Shown here: positions 50,374 to 58,771 of the stretch, one piece after another | Position numbering within the stretch: position 1 is the first letter of the stretch | How the letters are laid out: every line of letters begins with the position of its first letter | Origin: Planctomycetota bacterium | GTDB lineage: Bacteria > Planctomycetota > UBA1135 > UBA2386 | Length of the DNA stretch: 64,000 nt | Assembly (NCBI GenBank): GCA_965223545.1 | Contig: OZ245006.1 | Span: 6,432,001 to 6,496,000 of the forward strand | Direction: 5' to 3' | Program-made: the position numbers and the translations under genes | The notes under the pieces: generated by a model | The model's input: only the letters and a program-made list of their open reading frames with translations | Database searches by the model: none | Told to the model about the DNA's origin: nothing

Positions 50374-52044
50374 ATGACTCGATTCTTCGCCCGCGCCGCG
50401 ATCGTCGCCGCATCGTCCCTGACCTGTGCCGCGCAGGACCCGCTCGAGGCCGAAGGCTTCACTCGGCAAGACCGGCTGCGCGGCTCGGTGACGGAGGAGC
50501 GTGCCTGGTGGGACGTGCTGCACTACGACCTGGCCCTGCGCGTGCGGCCCGAGGCCAAGCGGATCGAGGGCACCAACGTCATCACGTTTCTGCCGACGGC
50601 TGCCGGGTCGAAGTTGCAGCTCGACCTCCAGCCACCGCTGGAGATCACCGGCATCGAGTGCGACGCCACCGAGTTGCAGTTCACGCGGGAGGGCAACGTC
50701 TACTGGGTGACGTTCGCTTCGGCGCCACCGGTCGGGGCCGAGCAGAAGCTGCGGGTTGCCTACGGGGGGCGACCGCGCGAGAGCACGCGGCCACCGTGGA
50801 GTGGCGGCTTCTCGTGGCGGGAGGACGAGCACGGCCACCCGTTCATCGCGACCACTTGCCAGGGGATCGGTGCCAGCGTGTGGTGGCCCAACAAGGACCA
50901 CGGCTACGACGAGCCCGACCGGGGTGTCGACATTCGCGTGACCGTGCCCGCCGCGCTGACGGCGGTGGCCAACGGTCGGCTGCAATCGACCACGCGAGAC
51001 GAGGGCGACGACACCCGGACGTTTCACTGGCGCGTCGTCAACCCGATCAACAACTACTGCGTCAACGTCAACATCGGCAACTACGTGTCGATGCCGTCGG
51101 TGTACGAGGGAGAGGCGGGGCCGCTGGACGTCGAGTACTGGGTGCTGGAGCACCAACAAGAAGTGGCGAGAACCCAGTTCGTCGAGGTGCCGCGCACTCT
51201 CGCGGCGTTCGAGCACTGGTTCGGTCCGTATCCCTTCTACGAGGACAGCTACAAGCTCGTGGTCGTGCCCTATCTCGGAATGGAGCACCAGAGCTCGGTG
51301 ACCTACGGCAACGGCTTTCAGAACGGCTACCGCGGCCGGGACCTGAGCGAGACCGGCGTCGGGCTGAAGTTCGATTTCATCGTCGTGCACGAGACAGCGC
51401 ACGAGTGGTGGGGCAACAACATCTCCATGCGGGATGCCGCCGACATGTGGATCCACGAGAGCTTTGCCAACTACGCCGAGAACCTCTTCGTCGAGTACCA
51501 CTTCACCGAGCGCGAGGCTCAGGACTACGTCATCGGCTGTCGCGCGCTGGTGCGTAACGACCGACCGATCATCGGTGTCTACGGCGTCAACAAGTCGGGA
51601 TCGGGCGACATGTACTACAAGGGCGGCAACATGCTGCACACGATGCGGCACATGCTGAACGACGACGAGCGGTGGCGCTTGATGCTGCGCGGCATCAACG
51701 AAGCGTTTCGTCACCGCACCGTCGGAACCGCCGAGGTCGAGGCCTACATCAGCCGCGCCTGTGGGTTCGATTTCGACCGGGTGTTCGAGCAGTACTTGCG
51801 CACGACGATGATCCCGACGTTGCGCTACGCGGTGAAGGGGGACACCGTCACCGTTTGGTTGGAGGACGTCGTGGAGGCCTTCAGCACACCGGTTCTGCTG
51901 CGCATCAACGACGACGAGCAGCGCGTCACCGTCGGTGCCGACCCGGTCGAGCTGCGAGTCGAGGCCGCGCTGGCCTCGTTCGAGTTGGACCGCAACTTCT
52001 ACATGAACGTGAGCCAGGCGCCGCGGGCTGTCGACGGACGCTGA
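50374..52044 (+). CDS. M1 family zinc aminopeptidase (exported)
   Basis: GMEHQ exopeptidase motif, HETAHEWWGN...WIHESFANY (HExxH-x18-E), YYKG. Confidence 0.93.
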   Translation: MTRFFARAAIVAASSLTCAAQDPLEAEGFTRQDRLRGSVTEERAWWDVLHYDLALRVRPEAKRIEGTNVITFLPTAAGSKLQLDLQPPLEITGIECDATELQFTREGNVYWVTFASAPPVGAEQKLRVAYGGRPRESTRPPWSGGFSWREDEHGHPFIATTCQGIGASVWWPNKDHGYDEPDRGVDIRVTVPAALTAVANGRLQSTTRDEGDDTRTFHWRVVNPINNYCVNVNIGNYVSMPSVYEGEAGPLDVEYWVLEHQQEVARTQFVEVPRTLAAFEHWFGPYPFYEDSYKLVVVPYLGMEHQSSVTYGNGFQNGYRGRDLSETGVGLKFDFIVVHETAHEWWGNNISMRDAADMWIHESFANYAENLFVEYHFTEREAQDYVIGCRALVRNDRPIIGVYGVNKSGSGDMYYKGGNMLHTMRHMLNDDERWRLMLRGINEAFRHRTVGTAEVEAYISRACGFDFDRVFEQYLRTTMIPTLRYAVKGDTVTVWLEDVVEAFSTPVLLRINDDEQRVTVGADPVELRVEAALASFELDRNFYMNVSQAPRAVDGR

Positions 52045-52141
52045 CCCCAAGCCGGGATCGCGACCGCGGCGGATCGCGGTGTCGCCACCCGAGCGCCGTC
52101 GGAGACGGCGCAGCGGGGGCGACGGGAGGCGCTTGCCAGCG

Positions 52142-52795
52142 TCAGCGGACGGTCGGGACGCGCCACCCCTCGATCAAGTCGCGCTCCTGTGGCGAGTGCT
52201 TCTCGACCAAGTCGATGGCGCGGCTGCGCAGCGCGCGCACGTCCTGGACCGACAGCGGATCCGCGATCGTGGCCTCGACCGCGTCGGCGTCCGGGCCCTT
52301 GACGCCCAGCTTGACCGCACGCTTCACGGCGGCGTCGATCTGCGCCTGGCCGAGCTCTTCCGGGATGGCGGGGGGGCCGAAGAAGATCGGTGTGTCCACC
52401 AGGAAGAAGTCGCCCGGCACGATGGCGACCACCTTGCCCGACTCGAAGCCGACGTTGACCCGCTCGGCGGTCTGGCTTCCCACGTAGAGGACCGGCTCCT
52501 CGGTTTGCCGCGGAAAGACCAGGGCGGGATTGACCTCGAGAACGAGCAGCCAGCCGGACTTGTACAGCGGTGAGCCGACCCGGTAGTAGTGCGGTGCGGC
52601 CTTTTCGAGGTCGAACCGCTGGGCGGAGATCAGGGTGACCGGGCTCTTCTCGGGCTGGTCGGGGATCACCGGGATCGCCTGCGGCGCCGCGTCCTGGCAT
52701 TCGCCAGGACGGGCGGAACCGGCGATCGCGAGAGCACCCAGCAGGGCCGGGGCGAGACACAGCTTGACGCTGAGAACGTTGGATTCAGTGCTCAT
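52142..52795 (-). CDS. Hypothetical exported protein, translationally coupled to the upstream hydrolase
   Basis: Signal-like N-terminus. Starts 3 nt after the hydrolase stop, with a GGAGG that overlaps the end of that gene. Confidence 0.7.
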   Translation of the reverse strand: MSTESNVLSVKLCLAPALLGALAIAGSARPGECQDAAPQAIPVIPDQPEKSPVTLISAQRFDLEKAAPHYYRVGSPLYKSGWLLVLEVNPALVFPRQTEEPVLYVGSQTAERVNVGFESGKVVAIVPGDFFLVDTPIFFGPPAIPEELGQAQIDAAVKRAVKLGVKGPDADAVEATIADPLSVQDVRALRSRAIDLVEKHSPQERDLIEGWRVPTVR

Positions 52796-52798
52796 GGT

Positions 52799-55195
52799 CT
52801 ACCTCCCCGTCAACTCGATTTCGTCGATGCCGATGCGGGCCTGCGCCGCGCCGAAGCTTGGACCGAACTGGAACGAGATCTTCTCGACGTCGGCCAGATC
52901 CACGCCGCTGCCCTGCGACAAGAAGTCGGTCAGGCGGATGCGCGTCGTTTCCAGATCGCTGTTCCAGCCGAGGCCGACCCCGCACAGGATGTTCGACCCG
53001 CAGATCACGGTTGGGCACGCGATGTTGCGCTGGTATGGCTCGGCAATGCCACCTCCGTAGGCGCCGATGTTGATCGTGGCGGAATTGCCGTTGCCGTCGA
53101 TCAGGGACACCGAGAAGGTGTCGTTGCCCATCTGCGCGTTGGTCAGCGAGTGGCGCGTGCCCTGCGCCGCGCGGAACTGCAAGAACGCGAACCCGCGCAG
53201 GTCGCGATCACCGGTGGGCAGCGTGTAGGTCAGGTCGTAGTCGCCCGCCCCATCCACGCTGAACACTGCGCCGTGCGTGCTGTCGCCCGCGAAGCGCGCC
53301 CCCTGGGTGACCGCGGCCATGGTGTAGCCGTTGAACGGGTCGCCCGGGTTGTCGGTGAAGTCGGTGTTGTTGTCGTCCAGCATCCCCTCGGTCAGATCGA
53401 GGAGGTTGGTGGTCACCGTTGCGCCGGAGCTGGCGAGCGCGGTCGACGGGTTGGTCTCGAAGTCGTCGACGACGCGGTTGGTCCCGCTGCGGACCTGATA
53501 CATCATCTGGTTGACGATGCAGGGGTCGGCCGGCGGAACGCCGATCGGGCGGAAGGACTCGTACTGGCGCCACAGGAAGTCGCGCGCCGGCACGTTGTCC
53601 TCGAGCACGTGCTTGACGAGCGGCAGGATGTAGCCCTTGAGCATCAGGTGCGTCGTCGCCTTGCCGATCAGGCACGGACCCACTGCGAAGCGGATCGTGT
53701 TCTGATTGTGGTAGTCGTCGTGGCCGACCCCTTGGCTCGACAGCGAGTAGCGGTCGCCCTCGGCGCGGTCGTGGATCTTGAACGACTGGGCGGTGGGGGC
53801 GTTGGCGCAGCCGTTGACGTCGCTGTCCGACTGGCCCACGAACAACGCGTACGGCACGCCGTGCGGCAGCGTTCTGTTCGAGCCGCCGAAGTCCACCGGC
53901 GCGAAGCTCATGATGAGCTTGACGTCGTCGATGGTGAAGTTGTTCACCGTGTGGGTGCCCGCGAACAGGTTGTGGTAGGCGCGCACGACACCATCACCGC
54001 CGCGGCTGTGGCCGATCCAGACGATGTTGGTGTTGTCGACGTTGCCGACCAGCACTCCGCCTGAGACCTGCGGCAGGAAGGTCCAGAACTCATCGGTGTT
54101 GGTGAGGGTCGTGACCGCGGCCGTGCCCGTTCCCGGTTGCGTGTTGTTCTGGTGGCTCATCACCACGTAGCCGTAGGACGCCAGGTGGAAGCCGAGGTGG
54201 TCGTACCACTGGTAGTTGTGACCATTCCCGTGCGAGATCACGATCAGCGGCCGCGGGCCTTGCTGGGCCGCGATGTTGGCGATGTCCGTCGGGTAGTAGA
54301 TGTCCTGGCGGCCGAACGAGATGCCGGTGTTGACGATCACCTCGGTCACCGCGTGCGGGCCGTCCAGCGTCAGGTCGTGCACGACGTAGAAGCCGGACTC
54401 GCTGTCGCTGTAGCCGTCGATCAGGTCGACCCCGGGGTCGAAGTTGCCGTTTTGGTCGAAGTCCAGCACGACGTCGTAGCCGACACCGAGGTCGTCGCCG
54501 GCGTCACCGCTGAGCGTGCCAGCGTCGAGGGCGAACGAGGTCGGCGTCGCGGTGAACGCCTGTTGGGTCGAGGCGCCACGCACGTCGACCAACGACGGAT
54601 CGGCGATCCACTCGGTGCGCGTCTTGCTCGCCACCACGTACACGTCCGCGGTCTGGCCGACGATGAACGGGTGGACGGTCGGATCGACGAGCGCGGAGAC
54701 GGTCGTGCCCGCGTTGAAAGCGGCGACGTGCTCGAAGTCCGGGTAGGCGGTGAGCGGGTTGCCGGCGATGTCGAGGTTGCGGTCGGCAAACGTGAAGTCG
54801 GCGCCGTTGCTGACGTCGATTCCGTTCGGCGCCGAGGCGTCGACCACCAGGGCCACGCCGTAGATCGTGGCGCCGGCAAAGCCGGGATCCGCGGGGAGCG
54901 GAACGGTGACCGACAGCATTCCCGATGCGTCGGTGTTGCCCAGCGGCAGAACGCCGAGGGCGGGAGTGAGGCCGATCGGGACCGAGACCCCGAGGATGGT
55001 GACGGGACCGTTGCTGATGTCGAGCAACAGGGTCACGGGGGCGTTCGGTGCACCGGTGACGGAGATCACGAGGTTGTCTCCCATCAACTTGGTGACCGAC
55101 ACCCGATCGTCGAAGCGCAGATCGGCGGCCGGCAGCGTCGCGCCGAGCAGCGTCGTGGCCAGCGCCGCGCCGCGAGCCCAGGACTTGTGTAGCAA
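52799..55195 (-). CDS. Secreted alpha/beta hydrolase (chlorophyllase/dienelactone-hydrolase-like fold) with N-terminal shared module
   Basis: AAGGAG RBS + TTG start, signal peptide, ISHGNG, HLASYGYVV, GHSRGG nucleophile, FAPVD, candidate Asp (SDSDV) and His (GVGHD). Confidence 0.82.
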   Translation of the reverse strand: MLHKSWARGAALATTLLGATLPAADLRFDDRVSVTKLMGDNLVISVTGAPNAPVTLLLDISNGPVTILGVSVPIGLTPALGVLPLGNTDASGMLSVTVPLPADPGFAGATIYGVALVVDASAPNGIDVSNGADFTFADRNLDIAGNPLTAYPDFEHVAAFNAGTTVSALVDPTVHPFIVGQTADVYVVASKTRTEWIADPSLVDVRGASTQQAFTATPTSFALDAGTLSGDAGDDLGVGYDVVLDFDQNGNFDPGVDLIDGYSDSESGFYVVHDLTLDGPHAVTEVIVNTGISFGRQDIYYPTDIANIAAQQGPRPLIVISHGNGHNYQWYDHLGFHLASYGYVVMSHQNNTQPGTGTAAVTTLTNTDEFWTFLPQVSGGVLVGNVDNTNIVWIGHSRGGDGVVRAYHNLFAGTHTVNNFTIDDVKLIMSFAPVDFGGSNRTLPHGVPYALFVGQSDSDVNGCANAPTAQSFKIHDRAEGDRYSLSSQGVGHDDYHNQNTIRFAVGPCLIGKATTHLMLKGYILPLVKHVLEDNVPARDFLWRQYESFRPIGVPPADPCIVNQMMYQVRSGTNRVVDDFETNPSTALASSGATVTTNLLDLTEGMLDDNNTDFTDNPGDPFNGYTMAAVTQGARFAGDSTHGAVFSVDGAGDYDLTYTLPTGDRDLRGFAFLQFRAAQGTRHSLTNAQMGNDTFSVSLIDGNGNSATINIGAYGGGIAEPYQRNIACPTVICGSNILCGVGLGWNSDLETTRIRLTDFLSQGSGVDLADVEKISFQFGPSFGAAQARIGIDEIELTGR

Positions 55196-55395
55196 GGTGT
55201 CTCCTTGGTATCGGATGGACGTGGTCGCAGAGGAGCGACCGAGGTTTCGCCAGCGTAGGGGAATCGCCCGCTGCGGCCAGCCCCTCGTGGACGTGGGAGT
55301 TGCGCCACGGTTTGCGGCTGCGCCGGCCGCTAGGTGCGGTGGCAGCGGCGATTCGCCAAGTTCGTGCCCCGAGTGTGTCCGGCGGTCGCCGGCGA

Positions 55396-57375
55396 TCACG
55401 TGCCGGGGCGCAGCTCGATTGCGGTGGTCAGGCCCAACGCGCCGCCCGAGCTGGCGCCGAGATCGACGACCGCGCCCTGCGCGAAGACCGAGGCGTTGCT
55501 GGGCAGCGGAGTTGCGGGGACCTGCACGGACACGGCGGCGGGGGCTCCGGTCCACGGCGGGCCCGCGATCGGTTGCCATACAGACGGCACCGTCATGGAC
55601 AACAACAGCTCGCCGGCCGCGCCGGCACCGGCCATGCCCCAACCGGGCAGCAGCGTTCCGCACGGAAAGCGCGGGTCCGGTGTGGGTGCCAGCACGAGGA
55701 CCGTCGCCGATCCGGCCGACTGAGTGCCGAGCGGGTTGTCGATTCCCAAGCTCACGGTGCCACCCGGAACGGGTTGGCCGGACAAGATGGTGAGACTGCC
55801 GCTCGGGTTGACGCCGCAGCCGAACGCGACGACGCGCGCGGCCGGTGGCTCGACCGAGAACGGGTTGCCGATGGCCACCGCGCGACCCGCGGCGGTCGCC
55901 GCGGTGATGCGGACCACGCAGGCGGCCGAGGAGATCCCGCGCGGCACGACCAGCTGGTGGCGTCCGTTGTTGGGCAGCGCCGTCGCCAGCGTGGACCAGG
56001 GGCCCGTGGGGCCGGTCGTCGACAGCTCGAGATCGATGGTCGCCACCTGCCCCGCTGGCACGGCGCAGGTCCAATCGATGAACCGCACCTGGCCGCCGAG
56101 CCACACCCGGCCGTTGGTGGGCGCGGTCACGTGGGGACGCAGCGCGGTGGCCACCGAGCTCTCGGCGAAGATGCGCAATCGGTTGCGCGACGAGCCGAAC
56201 AGGCCGCCGGTGCCCTCGTCCTGGACCACCGCGAAGTCGGCGAATCCGTTGTGATCGAGGTCGACGCCGCCGCGCAGTGCCTCGCCGCGGCGCACCGCGG
56301 CGGTGCCCACCGGGGTTTCGGTGCGCAGGCTCCACGTGTTCCCGGGTTGCCAGGAGAACAGGCGGACCATGCCGTTGGCGAAGCCGAGTAGGTCGGCGTT
56401 GCCGTCGTTGTCCATGTCCACCAGCTCGCTGACCGAGTAGGTCCCGCTGGAGGGCAGGTTGCCGGTGAGCCGGACCCAACGGTTGTTCGGCGCCCAGCTC
56501 CAGACCTCGAGGCCGCCGCTGCCGCTGCGAAACGCGAGCTCGTCGGTGCCGTCGCCGTCGACGTCGCCGGCGGCCGCGGCGCGCCACGCGCTCGCCGGGA
56601 GGTTGCCCGTGGCAGCGCGGAAACCGCCCGATCCGTCGCCGAGATGGACCGCGGCGCTCTGGTGGCCGGCGACGAAGTCGAGGTGTCCGTCGCCGTTGAA
56701 GTCGGCGAACTGGAAGGTCATGTCGGAGTTTCCGCCGAGGAAGCCGAACGTCTGCGTCCACGTGCCGTCGCCCTCGTTGCGGTACACGTGCACGCCGGCG
56801 CAGCAGCCAAAGGACACCGAGCCGACATCGAGGTCGCCGTCGCCGTCGATGTCGCCGAAGTCGGTACCGAACATCCCCCAGGTCTCGCCGTTGGTGGCGA
56901 GGCCGTCGTCCCAGGGTGTCCATGCCGTTCCCGACCCATCGCCGGTGGCGACCTCGAGCAGCTGGTCGCCGAGGTCGTTGCGGGAGTAGTTGTGGTGGAT
57001 GCCGTAGCCGACATCCATGACTCCGTCGCCGTTCGCATCACCGAGCGCGAGACCGCCGTAGCCGAATCTGCCGGTCTGCACCAGCGTCCAGCCACCGGCG
57101 CCGTCCCCGAGCCACGCCGTGATGCCGTGCATCTGGGTGTTGATGAACGGCGAGCCGTGGTCGCCGACCGTGACCACGTCCGCGTGACCGTCGCCGTTGA
57201 GGTCGCCGAGCTCGAGCTCGGTGCGGCCGCCGTCCCAGCGCAACCCGGCGGCAGTGCCGGTGATCTCGGTGTAGGTCGGTTGCGCTGTTCCATCCGGGGC
57301 GAGACCGGTGGCGAGCATCGCGGTGAGGAGCACCGTCGCGCTTCCGGGTCGGGTTCGTCTACAGGTTTCGCACAC
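55396..57375 (-). CDS. Secreted FG-GAP/VCBS repeat protein with C-terminal shared module
   Basis: Repeated GDLNGDGHADV, GDANGDGVMD, GDIDGDGDLD, ADFNGDGHLD, GDVDGDGTDE, DMDNDGNADL. Start uncertain. Confidence 0.88.
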   Translation of the reverse strand: MCETCRRTRPGSATVLLTAMLATGLAPDGTAQPTYTEITGTAAGLRWDGGRTELELGDLNGDGHADVVTVGDHGSPFINTQMHGITAWLGDGAGGWTLVQTGRFGYGGLALGDANGDGVMDVGYGIHHNYSRNDLGDQLLEVATGDGSGTAWTPWDDGLATNGETWGMFGTDFGDIDGDGDLDVGSVSFGCCAGVHVYRNEGDGTWTQTFGFLGGNSDMTFQFADFNGDGHLDFVAGHQSAAVHLGDGSGGFRAATGNLPASAWRAAAAGDVDGDGTDELAFRSGSGGLEVWSWAPNNRWVRLTGNLPSSGTYSVSELVDMDNDGNADLLGFANGMVRLFSWQPGNTWSLRTETPVGTAAVRRGEALRGGVDLDHNGFADFAVVQDEGTGGLFGSSRNRLRIFAESSVATALRPHVTAPTNGRVWLGGQVRFIDWTCAVPAGQVATIDLELSTTGPTGPWSTLATALPNNGRHQLVVPRGISSAACVVRITAATAAGRAVAIGNPFSVEPPAARVVAFGCGVNPSGSLTILSGQPVPGGTVSLGIDNPLGTQSAGSATVLVLAPTPDPRFPCGTLLPGWGMAGAGAAGELLLSMTVPSVWQPIAGPPWTGAPAAVSVQVPATPLPSNASVFAQGAVVDLGASSGGALGLTTAIELRPGT

Positions 57376-58702
57376 GCCAGTTCCTCAGCTCGATGGGAAG
57401 AGAGTGATCCTGGAAACCGATGGCTCCGGAGCGCGGCCGGTCGGCGATGGGTTTGGCGTCCAGGCGCATGTCCTGCACCAGCCGGCCGTTCAAGGTCACG
57501 CGGAACGAGTCGGCCTCGCAGAGCACGTGCATGTGGTTCCACTGCCCCGCCGGCCGCGACGCATTGGTCGTCGGCGGGCCGCCCGGGATGATCCCGCCGG
57601 CATCGTGGTCGGTGAGTCGCTCTCGGTCGGGCGGCGTCGCGAAGATCTGCACTTCGATGCCGGTGGCGACCGGGCGATCCCGGTCGCCGACGTGGAAGTA
57701 GAAGCCGCTGTTGCCGCGTTCTTGCAGGCGGTACTCGAACTCGGTTTCGAACTCCGCGTACTCGCCCTCCAGCCACAGGTAGTGGTCGAAGCGCCGCCAT
57801 CCACTCTCACCCTCGCGCGGTACCAGCGCCGCGGTGCCCTCGGCCAGCTGCCAATGACCCCGAGTCGCGCAGTGAGTGGACAGCGATTCCGCCGTCAAAG
57901 GGGCAAGCCAGGCGCCGGGCGCGTCGAGCTCGAGCAGCTCCACGCGGCGGAACTGGACGGGATGGCTCTCCGACTGCAGGGAGATCGTCCCGCGGCGGAG
58001 CATGCGGTCGCGGCCGTCGGCCAGCAGGCGCTGGGCGTCGGCGTCGCCCGGATCGAGTTGGGGGTTGTCGTAGACCAACACCGTGTCGCCGAACACGAGG
58101 TGGCGGATCGTGTCGCCGCGCACGTCGATCTCGGCCGTCACCCAGTCGTCGCCCCGGAACGTCGCCGAGGACGAATCGAGACAGTGCGGCGTCCACAGCG
58201 CACCGTCGCGGACCACGTGGGTGCCGGGGGTGCAGAGGTTGGCGGTCGGCCGCTCGCCCTCGGCGCGTCCGCCGAGCAGCTGCACCTCGATCGATGCAGG
58301 GAACTCCTGGTCCACGGCCATCGACGCCGGCGTTTGGCCGTGCACCATCACGCCGCTGTTGCGGAACGCCCAGCCCGGCCCGCCCTCGACCTGGTCGCCG
58401 GTGAAGCGGTACTCGACCCGCAGCCGGTAGTGGTCGAGCTCGGTCTCGTAGAAGAGGTGGCCAAAGCGACCGTCGAACTGCTCGTAGGCGTCGTAGGCCA
58501 CGGTGAGCAGCCCGTCGACGACGCGGAAGGTATCGCCGAAGTTCTCACCGACCGGATGGCCGGTGATCTTGGCAGTCCAGCCGGTGAGGTCGCGGCCGTT
58601 GAACAACGGGCGCCAGGAGTTGGCTTCCTGGGTCGGGGTGGGTGATAGGGCGGTGGCGATGACCAGAACGGAGATCGAGGCCGTGCGGACCCGTCGTGTC
58701 AT
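57359..58702 (-). CDS. Tandem DUF1080 (3-keto-disaccharide hydrolase-like) protein
   Basis: WRPLFNGRDLTGW, RNSGV, SLQSESHPVQFRRVEL; second domain GNSG, GIEVQI, GQWN, IGFQDH, LRN. Confidence 0.88.
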   Translation of the reverse strand: MTRRVRTASISVLVIATALSPTPTQEANSWRPLFNGRDLTGWTAKITGHPVGENFGDTFRVVDGLLTVAYDAYEQFDGRFGHLFYETELDHYRLRVEYRFTGDQVEGGPGWAFRNSGVMVHGQTPASMAVDQEFPASIEVQLLGGRAEGERPTANLCTPGTHVVRDGALWTPHCLDSSSATFRGDDWVTAEIDVRGDTIRHLVFGDTVLVYDNPQLDPGDADAQRLLADGRDRMLRRGTISLQSESHPVQFRRVELLELDAPGAWLAPLTAESLSTHCATRGHWQLAEGTAALVPREGESGWRRFDHYLWLEGEYAEFETEFEYRLQERGNSGFYFHVGDRDRPVATGIEVQIFATPPDRERLTDHDAGGIIPGGPPTTNASRPAGQWNHMHVLCEADSFRVTLNGRLVQDMRLDAKPIADRPRSGAIGFQDHSLPIELRNWRVRNL

Positions 58703-58771
58703 GAACTCCAGGCTACCCGACTCCGGAAGCGTTGCGACCCGCCGCCCTCGGCCGGGCGGAACGGGCGAGCT

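Noticed and set aside
55196..56923. N-terminal extension of the 1374-aa ORF
   Set aside because: Arg-rich off-frame read-through overlapping the FG-GAP gene. An AAGGAG RBS and signal peptide place the real start at 55195.
44687..58702. GMC oxidoreductase plus DUF1080 as a 3-keto-glycoside degradation locus
   Set aside because: The genes are 11 kb apart, with no Gfo/Idh/MocA or sugar-phosphate-isomerase partners nearby, so linkage is unsupported.
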